From positions 1,888,001-1,952,000 of the forward strand of contig CAVUVW010000013.1 in assembly GCA_963745035.1 (NCBI GenBank): 64,000 nt of DNA. Direction: 5' to 3'. The notes below the pieces were generated by a model. The model was given only the letters and a program-made list of their open reading frames with translations. It ran no database searches and was not told the DNA's origin. This stretch comes from an uncultured delta proteobacterium. GTDB lineage: Bacteria > Desulfobacterota > Binatia > UBA9968. Position numbers and translations under genes: made by a program. Below, piece after piece: positions 29,101 to 39,919 of the stretch (the stretch's first letter is position 1; every line of letters starts with the position of its first letter).

Positions 29101-30594
29101 CTAGTCCCTCTGAAATCGGCTAACCGAGTGACGCGCCTGCACCTGGGCCAATTGCTTCTCCCACTTCTTCGAGTATTCGCTGCGGGTATCGTCGCTGATC
29201 GCGCTGGTCGCGGGAAACTTGTCGCGCCATTCCCAGGGCCGCACCGCTTCGATGATCATGCGCGAGTTGTGGCCCTTCTGCCCCGGCTGGATGATTGGGT
29301 CGAGCGGGCCGCTCCAGGTGCGGCGCAGGATATCGACGGAAGTCGCCGGATCTGAACGCGTCGCGATCGCCCACAACACTTCGTTGGTGTCGGTGATGTC
29401 GATATCGTCATCGACCACCACAACGTAGCGACCTAGATAGGCCCCGGCATGGCACTGACAGGCGATCAACGCCGCCTGTTTGGCGTGCCCGGGGTAGCGC
29501 TGCTTGATCGCTACAACGATCATGAACCGCTGTGCCGGCGGCGGCAGATAAACGCCCTTGATGTCCGGCACGCCGGCTTGCTCCATGCCGTTCCAAACCG
29601 TCGCCGCGCGCAAGCACGAACGATACATGCCGTGGATCGTCGGCTTGAACGGCGCCGCGCCGCAGATGATCGGATCGTTGCGATGATAGAGTGCCTTCAC
29701 GCGGACAAACGGCTCGGCACGCTGCGCGCTCGCGTAGTAACCGGGCCATTCGCCGAACGGCCCTTCCTGCATGGATTCGCCGGGAACGATCTCGCCTTCG
29801 ATGACGAACTCCGCGCTGGCGGGAAAATGCAGGCCGGTCACCGGTCCCTCGATGACGTCGATCGGCTGGCCGATGAGGCCGCCCGCCCAGTCGTATTCGT
29901 TGACGCCGAAGGGCACGGCTTGCGATGCCGCGATGTAAAGCAGCGGATGCTGGCCGAAGGCCATCGCGACAGGAAACGTCTTGCCCGCCTTCATGGCCTT
30001 TTCATAATGCATCTTGCCGTGCTTGCCCGGCGAAATGTAAAGACCGACCTTGTCCTTGTCCTGCAGCATGACGCGGTAGCAGCCGACGTTTTCCACGCCG
30101 GTTTCAGGATCGCGCGTGACCACCAGATGGGCCGTGCCCAAATAGCGCCCGCCATCGCCGGCATGCCAGCGCGGCACGGGAAACTTCATCAGATCGACAT
30201 CGGCGCCGCGCGCGATGTTTTCGAAGACGGGGCCGGTTTTGACCACGTTGGCTTTGATCGGCTGCATCGACCGCAAGCGCGCGCGCAGCGCATCGATGAG
30301 AGGAATGATCTTCAAGTCCATCGGTAAACTGAGCGTCAATGCGGTACGCTCCAGCGTTTCGAGCATATTGGAGAGCACGCGCCGCCCAGGGTCAAAACCG
30401 GGGACGTTGTCGAAAACCACGGCCGGCGGCGTGGAGATTCTTTCCAGGATGATCTCGGTAAGCGCGCCGATCTCGAGATCCCAGTGAGCGCCGGAGATCT
30501 GCTCGAGCTGCTCGAGGCGCTTGACCTCTTTCAGCCAGTCGCGGAGATCGCAAGAGTAGGTTTGCTCGGATTTGATTGCGGCCGCGGTTGCCAT
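29101..30594 (-). CDS. UbiD family (prFMN-dependent) decarboxylase
   Basis: DGGRYLG, NVGCYRV, EGPFGEWPGYY, VVVDDDID and WAIATR. Confidence 0.93.
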   Translation of the reverse strand: MATAAAIKSEQTYSCDLRDWLKEVKRLEQLEQISGAHWDLEIGALTEIILERISTPPAVVFDNVPGFDPGRRVLSNMLETLERTALTLSLPMDLKIIPLIDALRARLRSMQPIKANVVKTGPVFENIARGADVDLMKFPVPRWHAGDGGRYLGTAHLVVTRDPETGVENVGCYRVMLQDKDKVGLYISPGKHGKMHYEKAMKAGKTFPVAMAFGQHPLLYIAASQAVPFGVNEYDWAGGLIGQPIDVIEGPVTGLHFPASAEFVIEGEIVPGESMQEGPFGEWPGYYASAQRAEPFVRVKALYHRNDPIICGAAPFKPTIHGMYRSCLRAATVWNGMEQAGVPDIKGVYLPPPAQRFMIVVAIKQRYPGHAKQAALIACQCHAGAYLGRYVVVVDDDIDITDTNEVLWAIATRSDPATSVDILRRTWSGPLDPIIQPGQKGHNSRMIIEAVRPWEWRDKFPATSAISDDTRSEYSKKWEKQLAQVQARHSVSRFQRD

Positions 30595-30628
30595 GATAAT
30601 TTCTCCCTTTCGTTTACGGAGGAATATT

Positions 30629-31633
30629 TTATTCGACCATCTTCAGCGTGCTCGGACAGAAAATCTCTTCCGGCGCAATCCGCCGCGCCGTGATGCCCTG
30701 CGCGTCGCAATAGGCGAGGAATCTCTCGAGTACATGCCTGTTCGCTTCCAAACCGTACGCCCAGGGATCGGTCTTGAAGATGTCTCGTTCTTCGGCGAGG
30801 TAGTGATGGGGCCAGGCTTCCACCAAACTCGGAATCGACCGCCGCCAGCGCTGCGCCCAGCGCTTGGCATCAGTGTAGAGCCTAAATAACTTCTCGGGCA
30901 GCTCCGGATACCGCTCGACCACGTGCTTCTGCAGAGCGAGCACGTGCATGATCGGGAGGATTCGGGTGTTGCGGAAGTAGGCGGCTTCGACCTCGCGAGA
31001 GTCGTCGAACAATTTTCTGACCGAACTGTCGGCGAGCAAAGTCGTCAACTGCGACTCGGTCACACCCAGCGCGTCGACTTGGCCGTCGAAGAGCGCGTGG
31101 CAAGCGCGTTCGCTGGTGTTCTTGCCGCCGTTTTCGATCACGCGGATTACCGAGCCATCGCGCGGCTCCACGGTGGCGCCGGGATCATGGTCATCCCAGT
31201 GATGCATTGATGCCACATACCACTGGGAATTCTTCGCCGAGACACCGTATTCGTCGACGAGCATGCCGCGCATCCAGATCGCCGCCGTCTGCACCCAACG
31301 GAGAAAGCCCAATTTCCTGCCGTTCAGATCCTCCGGCCGAGTGATGCCGGCATCCTTGCGCACGAAAATGAAGCCGTGGCGAAACATGCGCGAGGGAAAA
31401 ACCGGAACCGCGACAAAGTCTGCTTTGCCTCTCGAAGTGTAATAGATCAATTCGCCGAGCGACATCTCGGAAACGTCGTACTGTCCTTTGAACATGCCGG
31501 CGAACATCCCCGGCACGTCTTCGGTTTCGGTGATGTCGAATTCGATGCCGGGAATTTTCATCTGGCCGCGCAGGATCGGTAACACGCCGTCGTAAGCGCG
31601 GCTGGCAAGGCGAATCTTCGTGGGGGAAGCCAT
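30629..31633 (-). CDS. 4,5-dihydroxyphthalate decarboxylase-like protein (periplasmic-binding fold, no signal peptide)
   Basis: DVSEMS, PVFPSRMFRH, QTAAIWMRG, PIMHV and DPWAYGLEANR. Confidence 0.8.
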   Translation of the reverse strand: MASPTKIRLASRAYDGVLPILRGQMKIPGIEFDITETEDVPGMFAGMFKGQYDVSEMSLGELIYYTSRGKADFVAVPVFPSRMFRHGFIFVRKDAGITRPEDLNGRKLGFLRWVQTAAIWMRGMLVDEYGVSAKNSQWYVASMHHWDDHDPGATVEPRDGSVIRVIENGGKNTSERACHALFDGQVDALGVTESQLTTLLADSSVRKLFDDSREVEAAYFRNTRILPIMHVLALQKHVVERYPELPEKLFRLYTDAKRWAQRWRRSIPSLVEAWPHHYLAEERDIFKTDPWAYGLEANRHVLERFLAYCDAQGITARRIAPEEIFCPSTLKMVE

Positions 31634-31670
31634 GGATGGAACCGGCTCTTATGGAGGCGAACCGCGGCCC

Positions 31671-32670
31671 CTAGTTTGCCGCTTCTTCCCGATAGAGCTG
31701 CAGCGAGTCCATGATCGGCCGATCGTTGATCGAGAAAAGCACCGCTTCGCCATTGCTGACGTTCTCATGCGCGTGCCACTGCCAAAGCGGCACAATGAAG
31801 CTATCGCCTCTTTGCCAATCGAGATAACCCTCGCCGACGCGAGTGCGGCCCTGGCCACGTACCACATGGTAGATCGCCGTGCTGGTATGGCGATGCGCCT
31901 GCGTCGCTTCCTTTCCTTTGAGAAGCTGCACTTCGCAGGACATAGTCGGATATGTATAGCCGCCGGTCGCGGGATTGATATAGCGCAATAACCGTCCATC
32001 GTGCGGGTCACGATCATGGTCGCCGATGGCGCGGAGCGCCGCGTGGGTTTCTTTCCACTGATAGCGAAACGGCACACCGCGCCGGTGGCTCTCGTCGCCT
32101 TTTGGCAAGCGCGCAAAGCCCAGTCGGCTGAGCGATTCGCCGGTTGCCCGGGTCACCGGCTGCTCGGGGCTTTCCGACTCTTCAAAGAATAAGAATGTTG
32201 AAAGACTGGATCAGCGGGCCGTCCAAGCCGTCGAGCCAGATGATCGGATCCTCGGACTCGTTGTGATGCTCGTGCCAAGTCCAATTCGGCGTGAGAATCA
32301 GATCGCCTTCTTCCATGTAGAACTTTTCACCCGCCACCGCCGTGTAAGCGCCCTTGCCCTGCACGACGAAACGGATCGCCGCCATATTGTGCCGGTGCGC
32401 CCGCGCCAACTCGCCGGGATTCACGATCGAAAAAGTCACTTGCAAGGTGTGCGAAGTCGACTTCATCGGCATATGCGGATTGACCAGACGGATGGCGCGC
32501 CGCTCAGCCTGTTCGATGCCAATCGTTTCACTCGCCTTGAGCAAGCCGTCGAGCAGCGGCTGCCACTTCCACAGATACGGCGCTTCGGCGCTGTGGCCCG
32601 GCACGCGCGTGCGCCAAAAGCCGGAGAGTTGATTCTTTTCCAGCAGCGTGTCGAGTTCGTCGAGCTTCAT
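31671..32670 (-). CDS. Gentisate 1,2-dioxygenase-like bicupin, one +1 frameshift (~32190)
   Basis: ERRAIRLVNP, ARAHRH, TPNWTWHEH and WLDGLD, then YINPATGG, HRHTS and WHAH in the second frame. Confidence 0.85.
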
Positions 32671-32686
32671 CGCGTATCCTCGAACG

Positions 32687-33394
32687 CTAGGAAACCTGCG
32701 ACATGGCGTGGGCCATGCCACCGAAGTAGGCGCGATGGAGATCCATGGACTCCTTGGCGGTGTGCAGCACGTCCTCTTCCCGGCCCGGTGCGACGTATTT
32801 CTCCAGCACATCGATGAACATGTCGGAGTGTTTGACGTCGGCCTTGCTGTGCGCCGTGAAATTCGGCATCTGACCGTCGTTGAAATTGAGATCGCGTTTC
32901 CAGATCTTGTAGAGCCTCGTGCAATTGCCGCCGCCGAGGTCGCCGAGCAAGCGATCGTCGTTGGTCCATTCAGCGATCGTGGACGCCGCGATCGCCTCCT
33001 GCCATGGGCGGTTTCGCGCCAGCCAGAACCAGCCGTAGATCGCGGCCTTGGTCGTCGGCAGCGGCTCCGCCTTGAGAATATCGTCGATGCTCAAGCCCAC
33101 CTCCTTGCCCTGGCGAAAAATCAGATCGAGATGACCGTGTTTGGAATGTTCGTCTTCGACCAGCTCCTCATGCTCGTGTTCGAGGATGCGCTGCTTGACC
33201 TCGAACTCGGGGCAATTGGCGGCCACCTGCGGCCAGAAATTGCGCCGCTGGCGCACGTAGAGACTCAACTGCTGCAGATAAATCTGCGCTCTTTCAATGG
33301 TCATCGGTATCGAATAGAAATGCTCCATCTCCGGTGACTGAAAGAGATCGCGCACGCAGTCGCCCAATTTTAGCCGCCATTCTTGTGGTTTCAT
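32687..33394 (-). CDS. Heme-oxygenase-like (PqqC/TenA/CADD) iron-containing redox enzyme
   Basis: Helical protein with EHEEL..H, E and H..AD..H diiron-ligand pattern. Confidence 0.75.
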   Translation of the reverse strand: MKPQEWRLKLGDCVRDLFQSPEMEHFYSIPMTIERAQIYLQQLSLYVRQRRNFWPQVAANCPEFEVKQRILEHEHEELVEDEHSKHGHLDLIFRQGKEVGLSIDDILKAEPLPTTKAAIYGWFWLARNRPWQEAIAASTIAEWTNDDRLLGDLGGGNCTRLYKIWKRDLNFNDGQMPNFTAHSKADVKHSDMFIDVLEKYVAPGREEDVLHTAKESMDLHRAYFGGMAHAMSQVS

Positions 33395-33674
33395 GACATG
33401 CCTCCGACCCATCCGACTCAATGAATTCTAGCTCGAAAAGCGCGCGCGCCGATCAAAACACTCGCGCGCAAGAAACTGGTTTACGATTTTTTACGAGTAT
33501 CCGATCCGCCGAAGTATTGTCAAGCTCCGCTGCTGCGAGAAGCCGCTTAAGCGCTCGCCAGCGATCGATTGACTGGATGAACTGCGGAGCGGAGCAAATT
33601 GACGATGAAACCCGGGGCGTGAGCGGTCTCGAAGGGAAGGTAAATGCGCCTACCGAACGTCGGGCCGACGGCCC

Positions 33675-34067
33675 TCACTGCACGTTCAAAGCTTCCTTGG
33701 GAACCGGCAGGTGGCGCAGCAATACTGTTTGCAGCTCGGTTAGGGAGACCGGTTTGCTGATCACCGCGTGAGCGCCGGATTGCAAGGCGGCCTCGCGGTG
33801 CGTCTCCGCCGTCCACGCCGTGCAGATAATCACCGGAATATTCTTCGTCGCGCCGCTTTCGCGCAAGCAGGCGGTGGCCTGAATGCCGCTCATGCTGGGC
33901 ATGCCGATGTCCATGAAGATCAGATCCGGCTTTTCCGTCTGAGCCTTTTGCACGCCGAGCTCGCCGTCGTCCGCCTCGATGACCTCGAAACCGAGATGGC
34001 GAATGAGCATGGCGAACAACTCGCGGCAATCCGTGTTGTCCTCGATCAGCAGTATTTTGTAAGCCAT
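33675..34067 (-). CDS. Single-domain response regulator (CheY/DivK-like)
   Basis: ILLIEDN, PDLIFMDIGMP, CTA and SKP. Confidence 0.92.
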   Translation of the reverse strand: MAYKILLIEDNTDCRELFAMLIRHLGFEVIEADDGELGVQKAQTEKPDLIFMDIGMPSMSGIQATACLRESGATKNIPVIICTAWTAETHREAALQSGAHAVISKPVSLTELQTVLLRHLPVPKEALNVQ

Positions 34068-34084
34068 AGATGCCGTGCTGCAAA

Positions 34085-34099
34085 GCAGAGCCCATGCCA
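34085..34099 (-). promoter_or_regulatory. Putative sigma54 promoter
   Basis: Minus strand TGGCATGGGCTCTGC, 18 nt upstream of the ATG. Confidence 0.45.
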
Positions 34100-34366
34100 G
34101 GGCAGAATTCGCGACATTACGCCGGTTGGCCGGACTTCTTCGTGAAAACTATGACGGCGCGCGCGCCAGGGTCAAATGACGATGCCGGAAACGGGCATCC
34201 CCGTCCGCTGCCCAGCCAAGTTGCGGCACCTTGCGGATAATCTCCCCATAACCAAACGGTCTATTCGTACCCGGTCCACCTGATCGACCGGCTGAACCAC
34301 CGCGGTCTACCAGTGTCGCTCCAATGTTTCGAGAAACGAATGGCGACGTTCTCGCGCGGCCTTGAT

Positions 34367-35575
34367 TCAGCTTCGCAGTCTCTGCGCCGTCTCACGCGCA
34401 ATAACCACCTCTTCATCGGTACGGACAACCCATACCTGCGGCGTCGAAGCGGCGGATGAGATGCAGCGATCCTCCGCCGACGCCGTAGCGTTGGCGCCGA
34501 CATCAAGCACGATGCCGCACCACTCCATACCGCGGCAGATTTCTTCCCGCACCGCCGCCGCGTTCTCGCCGATGCCGCCGCTGAAGATCACCGCCTTGGC
34601 GCCGCCGAGCACCGCCAGGTAGGCGCCCAGATACTTGCGCGCGCGATGGCAGAAAACCTCTACGGCCAGCCGCGCGCGCGGATCGGCGTCGCGCGCCTCG
34701 AGCAATCTGCGCATGTCGTTGGATAGTCCCGAAATGCCGAGCAGTCCCGAGCGTTTGTTCAGCCAAGTCTCGACTTCCGCCGCTTGCACGCCTTCACGAC
34801 GCGCCAAATAGCTCACCAGCGCCGGATCGATGTCGCCGCAACGGCTCCCCATGACAAGTCCTTCGAGCGGAGTAAACCCCATCGAGGTGTCCACCGACTG
34901 GCCGTCGCGAATCGCGGCGGCCGAGCAGCCGCTGCCGAGGTGCAGGATCACGGCGGTGACGTCCGCCGGCCGCTTGCCGACGAGCTCGGCGTAGCGGGCG
35001 ACATCGTATTGATGCGCCAAGCCGTGAAAGCCGTAGCGGCGAATGTCGTATTTGCGCGCCAGGTCCCAAGGAATCGCATAGGTTGCCGCCGCGGCCGGCA
35101 TCGTGTGATGAAACGCGGTGTCGAAGACCGCGACCATCGGCGTCGCGGCGCCGAAAGCTCGGTGCGCCGCGTGAATGGCGCTCACCGCCGGCGGATTGTG
35201 CAGCGGCGCGATCTCGCACAAGGCATCGAGCTCGGCGAGCGCCGCCTCGTCGATGAGCGTCGGTGCAGTATGACGAGCGCCGCCGTGCACCACGCGATGA
35301 CCCACGGCATCGGGGCGGGGCAAAGCCGGGACGGTGCCCAACCATGCGATCACGGCGCCCACCGCGGCCCCGTGATCGCGCAGCGGCATAGTCACTTCAC
35401 TGCTCGCTTCGCCGGCTTCGAAGCGACACTTGGCCGCGCCGCCGATCCCGTCAATCAGCCCGCGCGCAAGTTTTCCCTGGCGCGAATAGGAAGAAGACTG
35501 CGAATCGATTTCGATGAGCTGGAATTTGAGCGTCGCGCTGCCGCAGTTAAGCGCCAAGACATTTACAGGACTCAT
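34367..35575 (-). CDS. ackA: Acetate kinase
   Basis: NCGSATLK, GHRVVHGG, APLHN, FDTAFH, YGFHG and GGIGEN. Confidence 0.95.
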   Translation of the reverse strand: MSPVNVLALNCGSATLKFQLIEIDSQSSSYSRQGKLARGLIDGIGGAAKCRFEAGEASSEVTMPLRDHGAAVGAVIAWLGTVPALPRPDAVGHRVVHGGARHTAPTLIDEAALAELDALCEIAPLHNPPAVSAIHAAHRAFGAATPMVAVFDTAFHHTMPAAAATYAIPWDLARKYDIRRYGFHGLAHQYDVARYAELVGKRPADVTAVILHLGSGCSAAAIRDGQSVDTSMGFTPLEGLVMGSRCGDIDPALVSYLARREGVQAAEVETWLNKRSGLLGISGLSNDMRRLLEARDADPRARLAVEVFCHRARKYLGAYLAVLGGAKAVIFSGGIGENAAAVREEICRGMEWCGIVLDVGANATASAEDRCISSAASTPQVWVVRTDEEVVIARETAQRLRS

Positions 35576-35696
35576 TGGCTTTTACTTCGCTCGCGCCGCC
35601 GCTGCGGTTGCTGAATAGAAACCAAGCTCACGCAATCGCGTGGGAGATAGATCGTGCGAGATACTGTGGGTCTTGGTCGGCTCGGAAAGCGCTCGG

Positions 35697-36566
35697 TCAA
35701 TGCGCGCGAATCAACAAAACGGGATCGCCCGAGTGCTGCACGACCCGTTCGGCGACGCTGCCGAGCATCCAGCGCGTCACGCCCGATTTGCCGTGGGTGG
35801 ACATGGCGATCAAATTATCCCGCGCCGCGCGCGCCAAGTCGATAATCTCGCTCGCCGGGTCGCCTTCAACGGCGCTCGCCGCGACGGATTCGACGCCCTC
35901 GGCGCGCAGCTCGTCGACTTTGGCGGCGAGGTATTGTTCTGCTTCCTGGCGGCGCGCCTCGCGAAACACCGCCGGTCCCTGATCAAACATGCCGTCCGCC
36001 ACGACAAAAGCGGTTTTGGGCAAACTGAAGACCTGAACCAGATGAACTTTGAGCTTCATTTCTCTGGCTAGTCCGGAAACGTGCGCGAGGGCCGACTCGG
36101 CCAACGCTGACCCGTCCAGGGGCACGAGAACTTCGCGGCAGCCGGTCATCGCGGGCGCGGTTGAGTCCTCCACGGGGCGGATCAGTAGCAGTGGATTGAC
36201 CGCCGTTTGAACCACTTTGCCGGCCACGCTGCCCAACAACCAGCGTCGCACCCCGGACACGCCGTGGGTTGCCATCGCGATCAAGCAGTCGCTATCGTCC
36301 TTGGCCCGGTCGACGATCGCGTCGGCCGGCTCGCCGGTCTGCAGTGAGCCAGTCACCCTCATAGCGCTGGTAAAATACTCTGCCGTGACTTTTTTAAAGT
36401 AACGTTCATCCACTTCGGCGGGCCAAAACGGCGCGCGCGCATCAGGATCGGCGATGGTGAGCAATTCGACGGGAATCTTATTGGGCTCCGCTAGCCACCG
36501 CACGAGCGGCAAGATCTGCTCCGCCAGCTTCGAGCCATCGAGCGCAACCAGAATTTTGCTGTACAC
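35697..36566 (-). CDS. Universal stress protein (tandem USP domains)
   Basis: ILVALDGS and MATHGVSG...LGSVA, present twice. Confidence 0.93.
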   Translation of the reverse strand: MYSKILVALDGSKLAEQILPLVRWLAEPNKIPVELLTIADPDARAPFWPAEVDERYFKKVTAEYFTSAMRVTGSLQTGEPADAIVDRAKDDSDCLIAMATHGVSGVRRWLLGSVAGKVVQTAVNPLLLIRPVEDSTAPAMTGCREVLVPLDGSALAESALAHVSGLAREMKLKVHLVQVFSLPKTAFVVADGMFDQGPAVFREARRQEAEQYLAAKVDELRAEGVESVAASAVEGDPASEIIDLARAARDNLIAMSTHGKSGVTRWMLGSVAERVVQHSGDPVLLIRAH

Positions 36567-36588
36567 GGGGCCTCACTTTTCCGCCAAG

Positions 36589-37494
36589 TCACCCGGCGCG
36601 GACCACCAAGACCGGATCGTTGGCATGGCGCACGACGGTCTCGGTCACGCTGCCGAGCACCCAGCGCTTCATTCCCGAACGGCCATGGGAGCACATGGCG
36701 ATCAAGGCGTTCGGGGTACGATTACCGAGCGCGATGATCTCGTCGCCGGCCAAGCCTTCTTTCGCCAGGCAAGTCACCTTTTCGACTCCCGACGATCGGA
36801 GCTCAGCCGCTTTCTTTTCGATGTAATCTTTGGCTTCGGCGCAAACGCTTGCGGTCATCTCCTCGAAATTGACCGCATAAAACGCTTCGTCGCCGGTATA
36901 GACGCTGTACGGAATATGATAGGCGCGAAAGAGAAGGATCTCAGCCTCCAGCTTTTTCGCGAGGTCGGCCACCGTCGGAAGGATCCGTTCCGCCAACTCC
37001 GAGCCGTCGAGCGCGACGATGATCGTTCTGAAACCGTCCGGCGCGGCGTTATCGGCTTCCTTGCCGGCGCGCACCAGCAACAACGGATTGGCGCTGCCGC
37101 GCAGAACCTTCTCCGCCACGCTGCCGATCAGGAAGCGGTCGACCCCTGAGCGCCCGTGAGTAGCCATGGCGATGATCGCGGCCTGTTCGACCGCGCCCTT
37201 GTCAATGATCACCTCTGCCGGGCGGCCTTTCAGGGCATCGAACCCGACCTCAACGCCGTCGAGCTTTCCCGCAAGCGTTCGTAAATAGTCCTGGCTGAGA
37301 CGCAGCTCATCGGCGGTCATCCCATCCAACAGACGAGCAATTTCGGGCGAGCTACTCGCGCCGAACTCGCCGGTGTCCACCACCCTTATGAGCTCCAAGG
37401 GGATTTTCAACCTGCTTGCGAGGTAGAGAGCAAGGGGCAAAACTGCTTCGGCTGTCCTCGATCCATCGAGCGCTACGAGAATCTTGCTGTGCAT
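36589..37494 (-). CDS. Universal stress protein (tandem USP domains)
   Basis: ILVALDGS and MATHGRSG...GSVAEK, present twice. Confidence 0.93.
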   Translation of the reverse strand: MHSKILVALDGSRTAEAVLPLALYLASRLKIPLELIRVVDTGEFGASSSPEIARLLDGMTADELRLSQDYLRTLAGKLDGVEVGFDALKGRPAEVIIDKGAVEQAAIIAMATHGRSGVDRFLIGSVAEKVLRGSANPLLLVRAGKEADNAAPDGFRTIIVALDGSELAERILPTVADLAKKLEAEILLFRAYHIPYSVYTGDEAFYAVNFEEMTASVCAEAKDYIEKKAAELRSSGVEKVTCLAKEGLAGDEIIALGNRTPNALIAMCSHGRSGMKRWVLGSVTETVVRHANDPVLVVRAG

Positions 37495-37550
37495 ATCCTC
37501 CCCTTTCGCGGTGGGATGTCAGAGGCGAACAACACTCAAGAATTGTCGGC

Positions 37551-37565
37551 GCAATCGTTGTGCCA
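37551..37565 (-). promoter_or_regulatory. sigma54 promoter of the usp-usp-ackA unit
   Basis: Minus strand TGGCACAACGATTGC is a perfect TGGCAC-N5-TTGC. Confidence 0.7.
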
Positions 37566-37816
37566 GTAGGCGTGAGTCGCCGGCTCTTCGATGCGCCGAA
37601 CAGACACGAGAAAATCAACGGATTTTTCGTGACCGTGAAATTTATTGCTTGTTTCTTGCGGGTTCGTCGCGCCTCCACGGCGACTCAACTGGGCGGATTA
37701 CGACCTGTCGCAGTTATGCGACAGCGTAGCCGACATGAACAACACGAGTGTTACGGCTTGTCAGAGCAATTCCACCGTAGGATGGTGGAAAAGCAGGAAA
37801 ATCCTTCACATAACCC

Positions 37817-37845
37817 TTGACACCCTCCAGAGCCATTCTTAGGTT
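37817..37845 (+). promoter_or_regulatory. Putative sigma70 promoter for the sigma factor gene
   Basis: TTGACA-N17-TAGGTT. Confidence 0.4.
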
Positions 37846-38009
37846 TTAAGATAGCAGTTTTCTCAGTCAACCTGTATCCCCCAAACGCTTAATTGATTTG
37901 AGTAATTTACACTGGGCCTACAACCGCGCCGAGTTCCGCGCCGCACGCACTCTTGGCCCAGAAATTGATTGAGATTGAGGAAACTATAGTGAACCGGGGC
38001 TTGCCTGGG

Positions 38010-38039
38010 AGCGTCTAAAACACTAGCGTCTAAAACACT
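38010..38039 (+). repeat. Perfect 15-bp tandem repeat AGCGTCTAAAACACT x2
   Basis: Seen directly, about 40 bp upstream of the sigma factor ATG. Confidence 0.8.
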
Positions 38040-38081
38040 AAAATGAAGCGCTCCTGAGCGCGAGAAACCAAGGAGAATACG

Positions 38082-39623
38082 ATGTTTCCGCCATTTGATG
38101 CAGAAAGAGATTCTAACGAAGACAACGAAAACTTTGAAGGCCGGGACCTCGGAGTGCCCCAGATTCAAGACCAGGATGGCGAAAGCGCTGGTGAGATCGA
38201 CGGCAGCGAGGAATTCACCGATGAAGAGGAGGCCAAGCCGGAAGCGTCCGACGCCGGACTCGGCTCGGTTCAGCAGTATCTCCACGACATCGGCTCGGTT
38301 CCCCTGCTGACGCGCGAGCGTGAGGTCGAACTCGCCAAAGAGATCGAAGCCGCCAGCAACCAGATCTTTACGGCGCTCTTTTCAATCCCGTTTGTTTTGC
38401 GCCGGGTGGTTGACTTAGGCGCGCGCGTCGCATCCGGCGAGCTCGATATGCGCGAAGTCGTCGGCAAAGTCGATGACGAGGAGGACAGGGAAGACAGCCT
38501 CGATTCCAAGCCGTTTCTTCGGCAACTGGGGAAATTGTCGCGCCTAATGAAAGCACGCGACGCCATTCTCCGCCAGCTTAACCGTGCGCGCCTGTCGCAG
38601 CAGCAGCGCATGCGCCTTGCCCAGCACGAACAGGCGAACCTGGAAAAGATTTATGCATCAGTGCGGGCGCTGCGCCTGTCTTCCGATCAGCAGGAGCACG
38701 TCGCCGAGCAGATCAGCAAGCTCAGCCTGCGGATCGCTGCGTTGGAGTTGCAAGCGGCCGCCCATCCGCGCAAAAAAAGCCTAGTGGGCGAGATTCAGTT
38801 GCTCGAGAAGACCGCCGGCTTCAGCGCGGCGCAGCTTGCCGAGCAGGCGCGCTTGATTCACGAGGGTGAGAATCGCGTCAAGATCGGCAGAAAAGAGTTT
38901 ACCGAGGCCAACCTGCGTCTGGTCGTCAGCATCGCCAAGAAATACATCAATCGCGGCCTGAGCTTTCTCGATCTGGTGCAGGAAGGCAACCTGGGCTTGA
39001 TGCGCGCCGTGGAGAAGTTCGATTATCGGCTGGGTTTTCGCTTTTCAACCTACGCCACTTGGTGGATTCGCCAAGGCATTACCCGGGGATTGATCGATAC
39101 CGGCCACACGATCCGCGTCCCCGTGCACCGTGTGGAGTCGCGCAACAAAGTGATTCAGACCGCGCGCGAGATGCAGCGCAAGTTCGGCCGCGATCCGAGC
39201 CCCGAAGAGCTTGCCCGCGAGCTGCGCTTGCCGATCGCCGAATTGCTCAAGCTTGTGCAGACCCACGGCGAGCCGGTTTCGCTGCAAACCCCGATCTGGG
39301 AAGATGGCGACGAGCTCGGCGATTTTATCGAAGATCGGGTCCAGCCACTGCCGGAAAATCAGGCGCTCGAAGGCGTCTTGCGCGCTGAAGTTCGAAAAGC
39401 GCTGGCGGTGCTCACGCCGCGCCAGGAGACCGTGCTGCGCAAGCGCTTCGGCATCGAGGAAAAGCGTGATTACACGCTTGAAGAGCTCGGCGAGATGTTT
39501 GCCGTCACGCGCGAACGCATCCGCCAGATCGAGCAGCGATCGCTGCAAATCTTGCGCAATCCCAATCGCCGCAAACCGCCGATGCCGGGCAAGCAGGCGG
39601 GCATCGAACAGGCTTTGAACTAA
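38082..39623 (+). CDS. RNA polymerase sigma70 factor, RpoD-like (probably non-primary, group 2)
   Basis: Region 1.2 [14 protein letters not shown], region 2 [13 protein letters not shown]...[11 protein letters not shown] and region 4 TRERIRQIE; no dnaG upstream. Confidence 0.88.
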   Translation: MFPPFDAERDSNEDNENFEGRDLGVPQIQDQDGESAGEIDGSEEFTDEEEAKPEASDAGLGSVQQYLHDIGSVPLLTREREVELAKEIEAASNQIFTALFSIPFVLRRVVDLGARVASGELDMREVVGKVDDEEDREDSLDSKPFLRQLGKLSRLMKARDAILRQLNRARLSQQQRMRLAQHEQANLEKIYASVRALRLSSDQQEHVAEQISKLSLRIAALELQAAAHPRKKSLVGEIQLLEKTAGFSAAQLAEQARLIHEGENRVKIGRKEFTEANLRLVVSIAKKYINRGLSFLDLVQEGNLGLMRAVEKFDYRLGFRFSTYATWWIRQGITRGLIDTGHTIRVPVHRVESRNKVIQTAREMQRKFGRDPSPEELARELRLPIAELLKLVQTHGEPVSLQTPIWEDGDELGDFIEDRVQPLPENQALEGVLRAEVRKALAVLTPRQETVLRKRFGIEEKRDYTLEELGEMFAVTRERIRQIEQRSLQILRNPNRRKPPMPGKQAGIEQALN

Positions 39624-39919
39624 TCATCCGGCCATCGTCCGGGGCGCGGCGCGCCGCGCCCCGACAATTTCGCCGTGGCTTCGTTCGTGCAGGCTTTCTC
39701 TCCGCTTCGATCGTCCGATTCCGGAAACCGGCCTTTCAGTCTGCCTTCCCACCGTATGTTCGTCTGTTCGTTTGCCTTCGATCCGCGCTTTAGACAGTGC
39801 CTGCCGGCGCCGAGATCGCGCGTGAGCAGCCAAAAAGCTCCGCCGTGCGCGATGTCGCGGCTCGGTCTTAGAGCGGCGCTCGCGGTTTTTGAACACCCAG
39901 ATGAGGAGGATGATCACAT

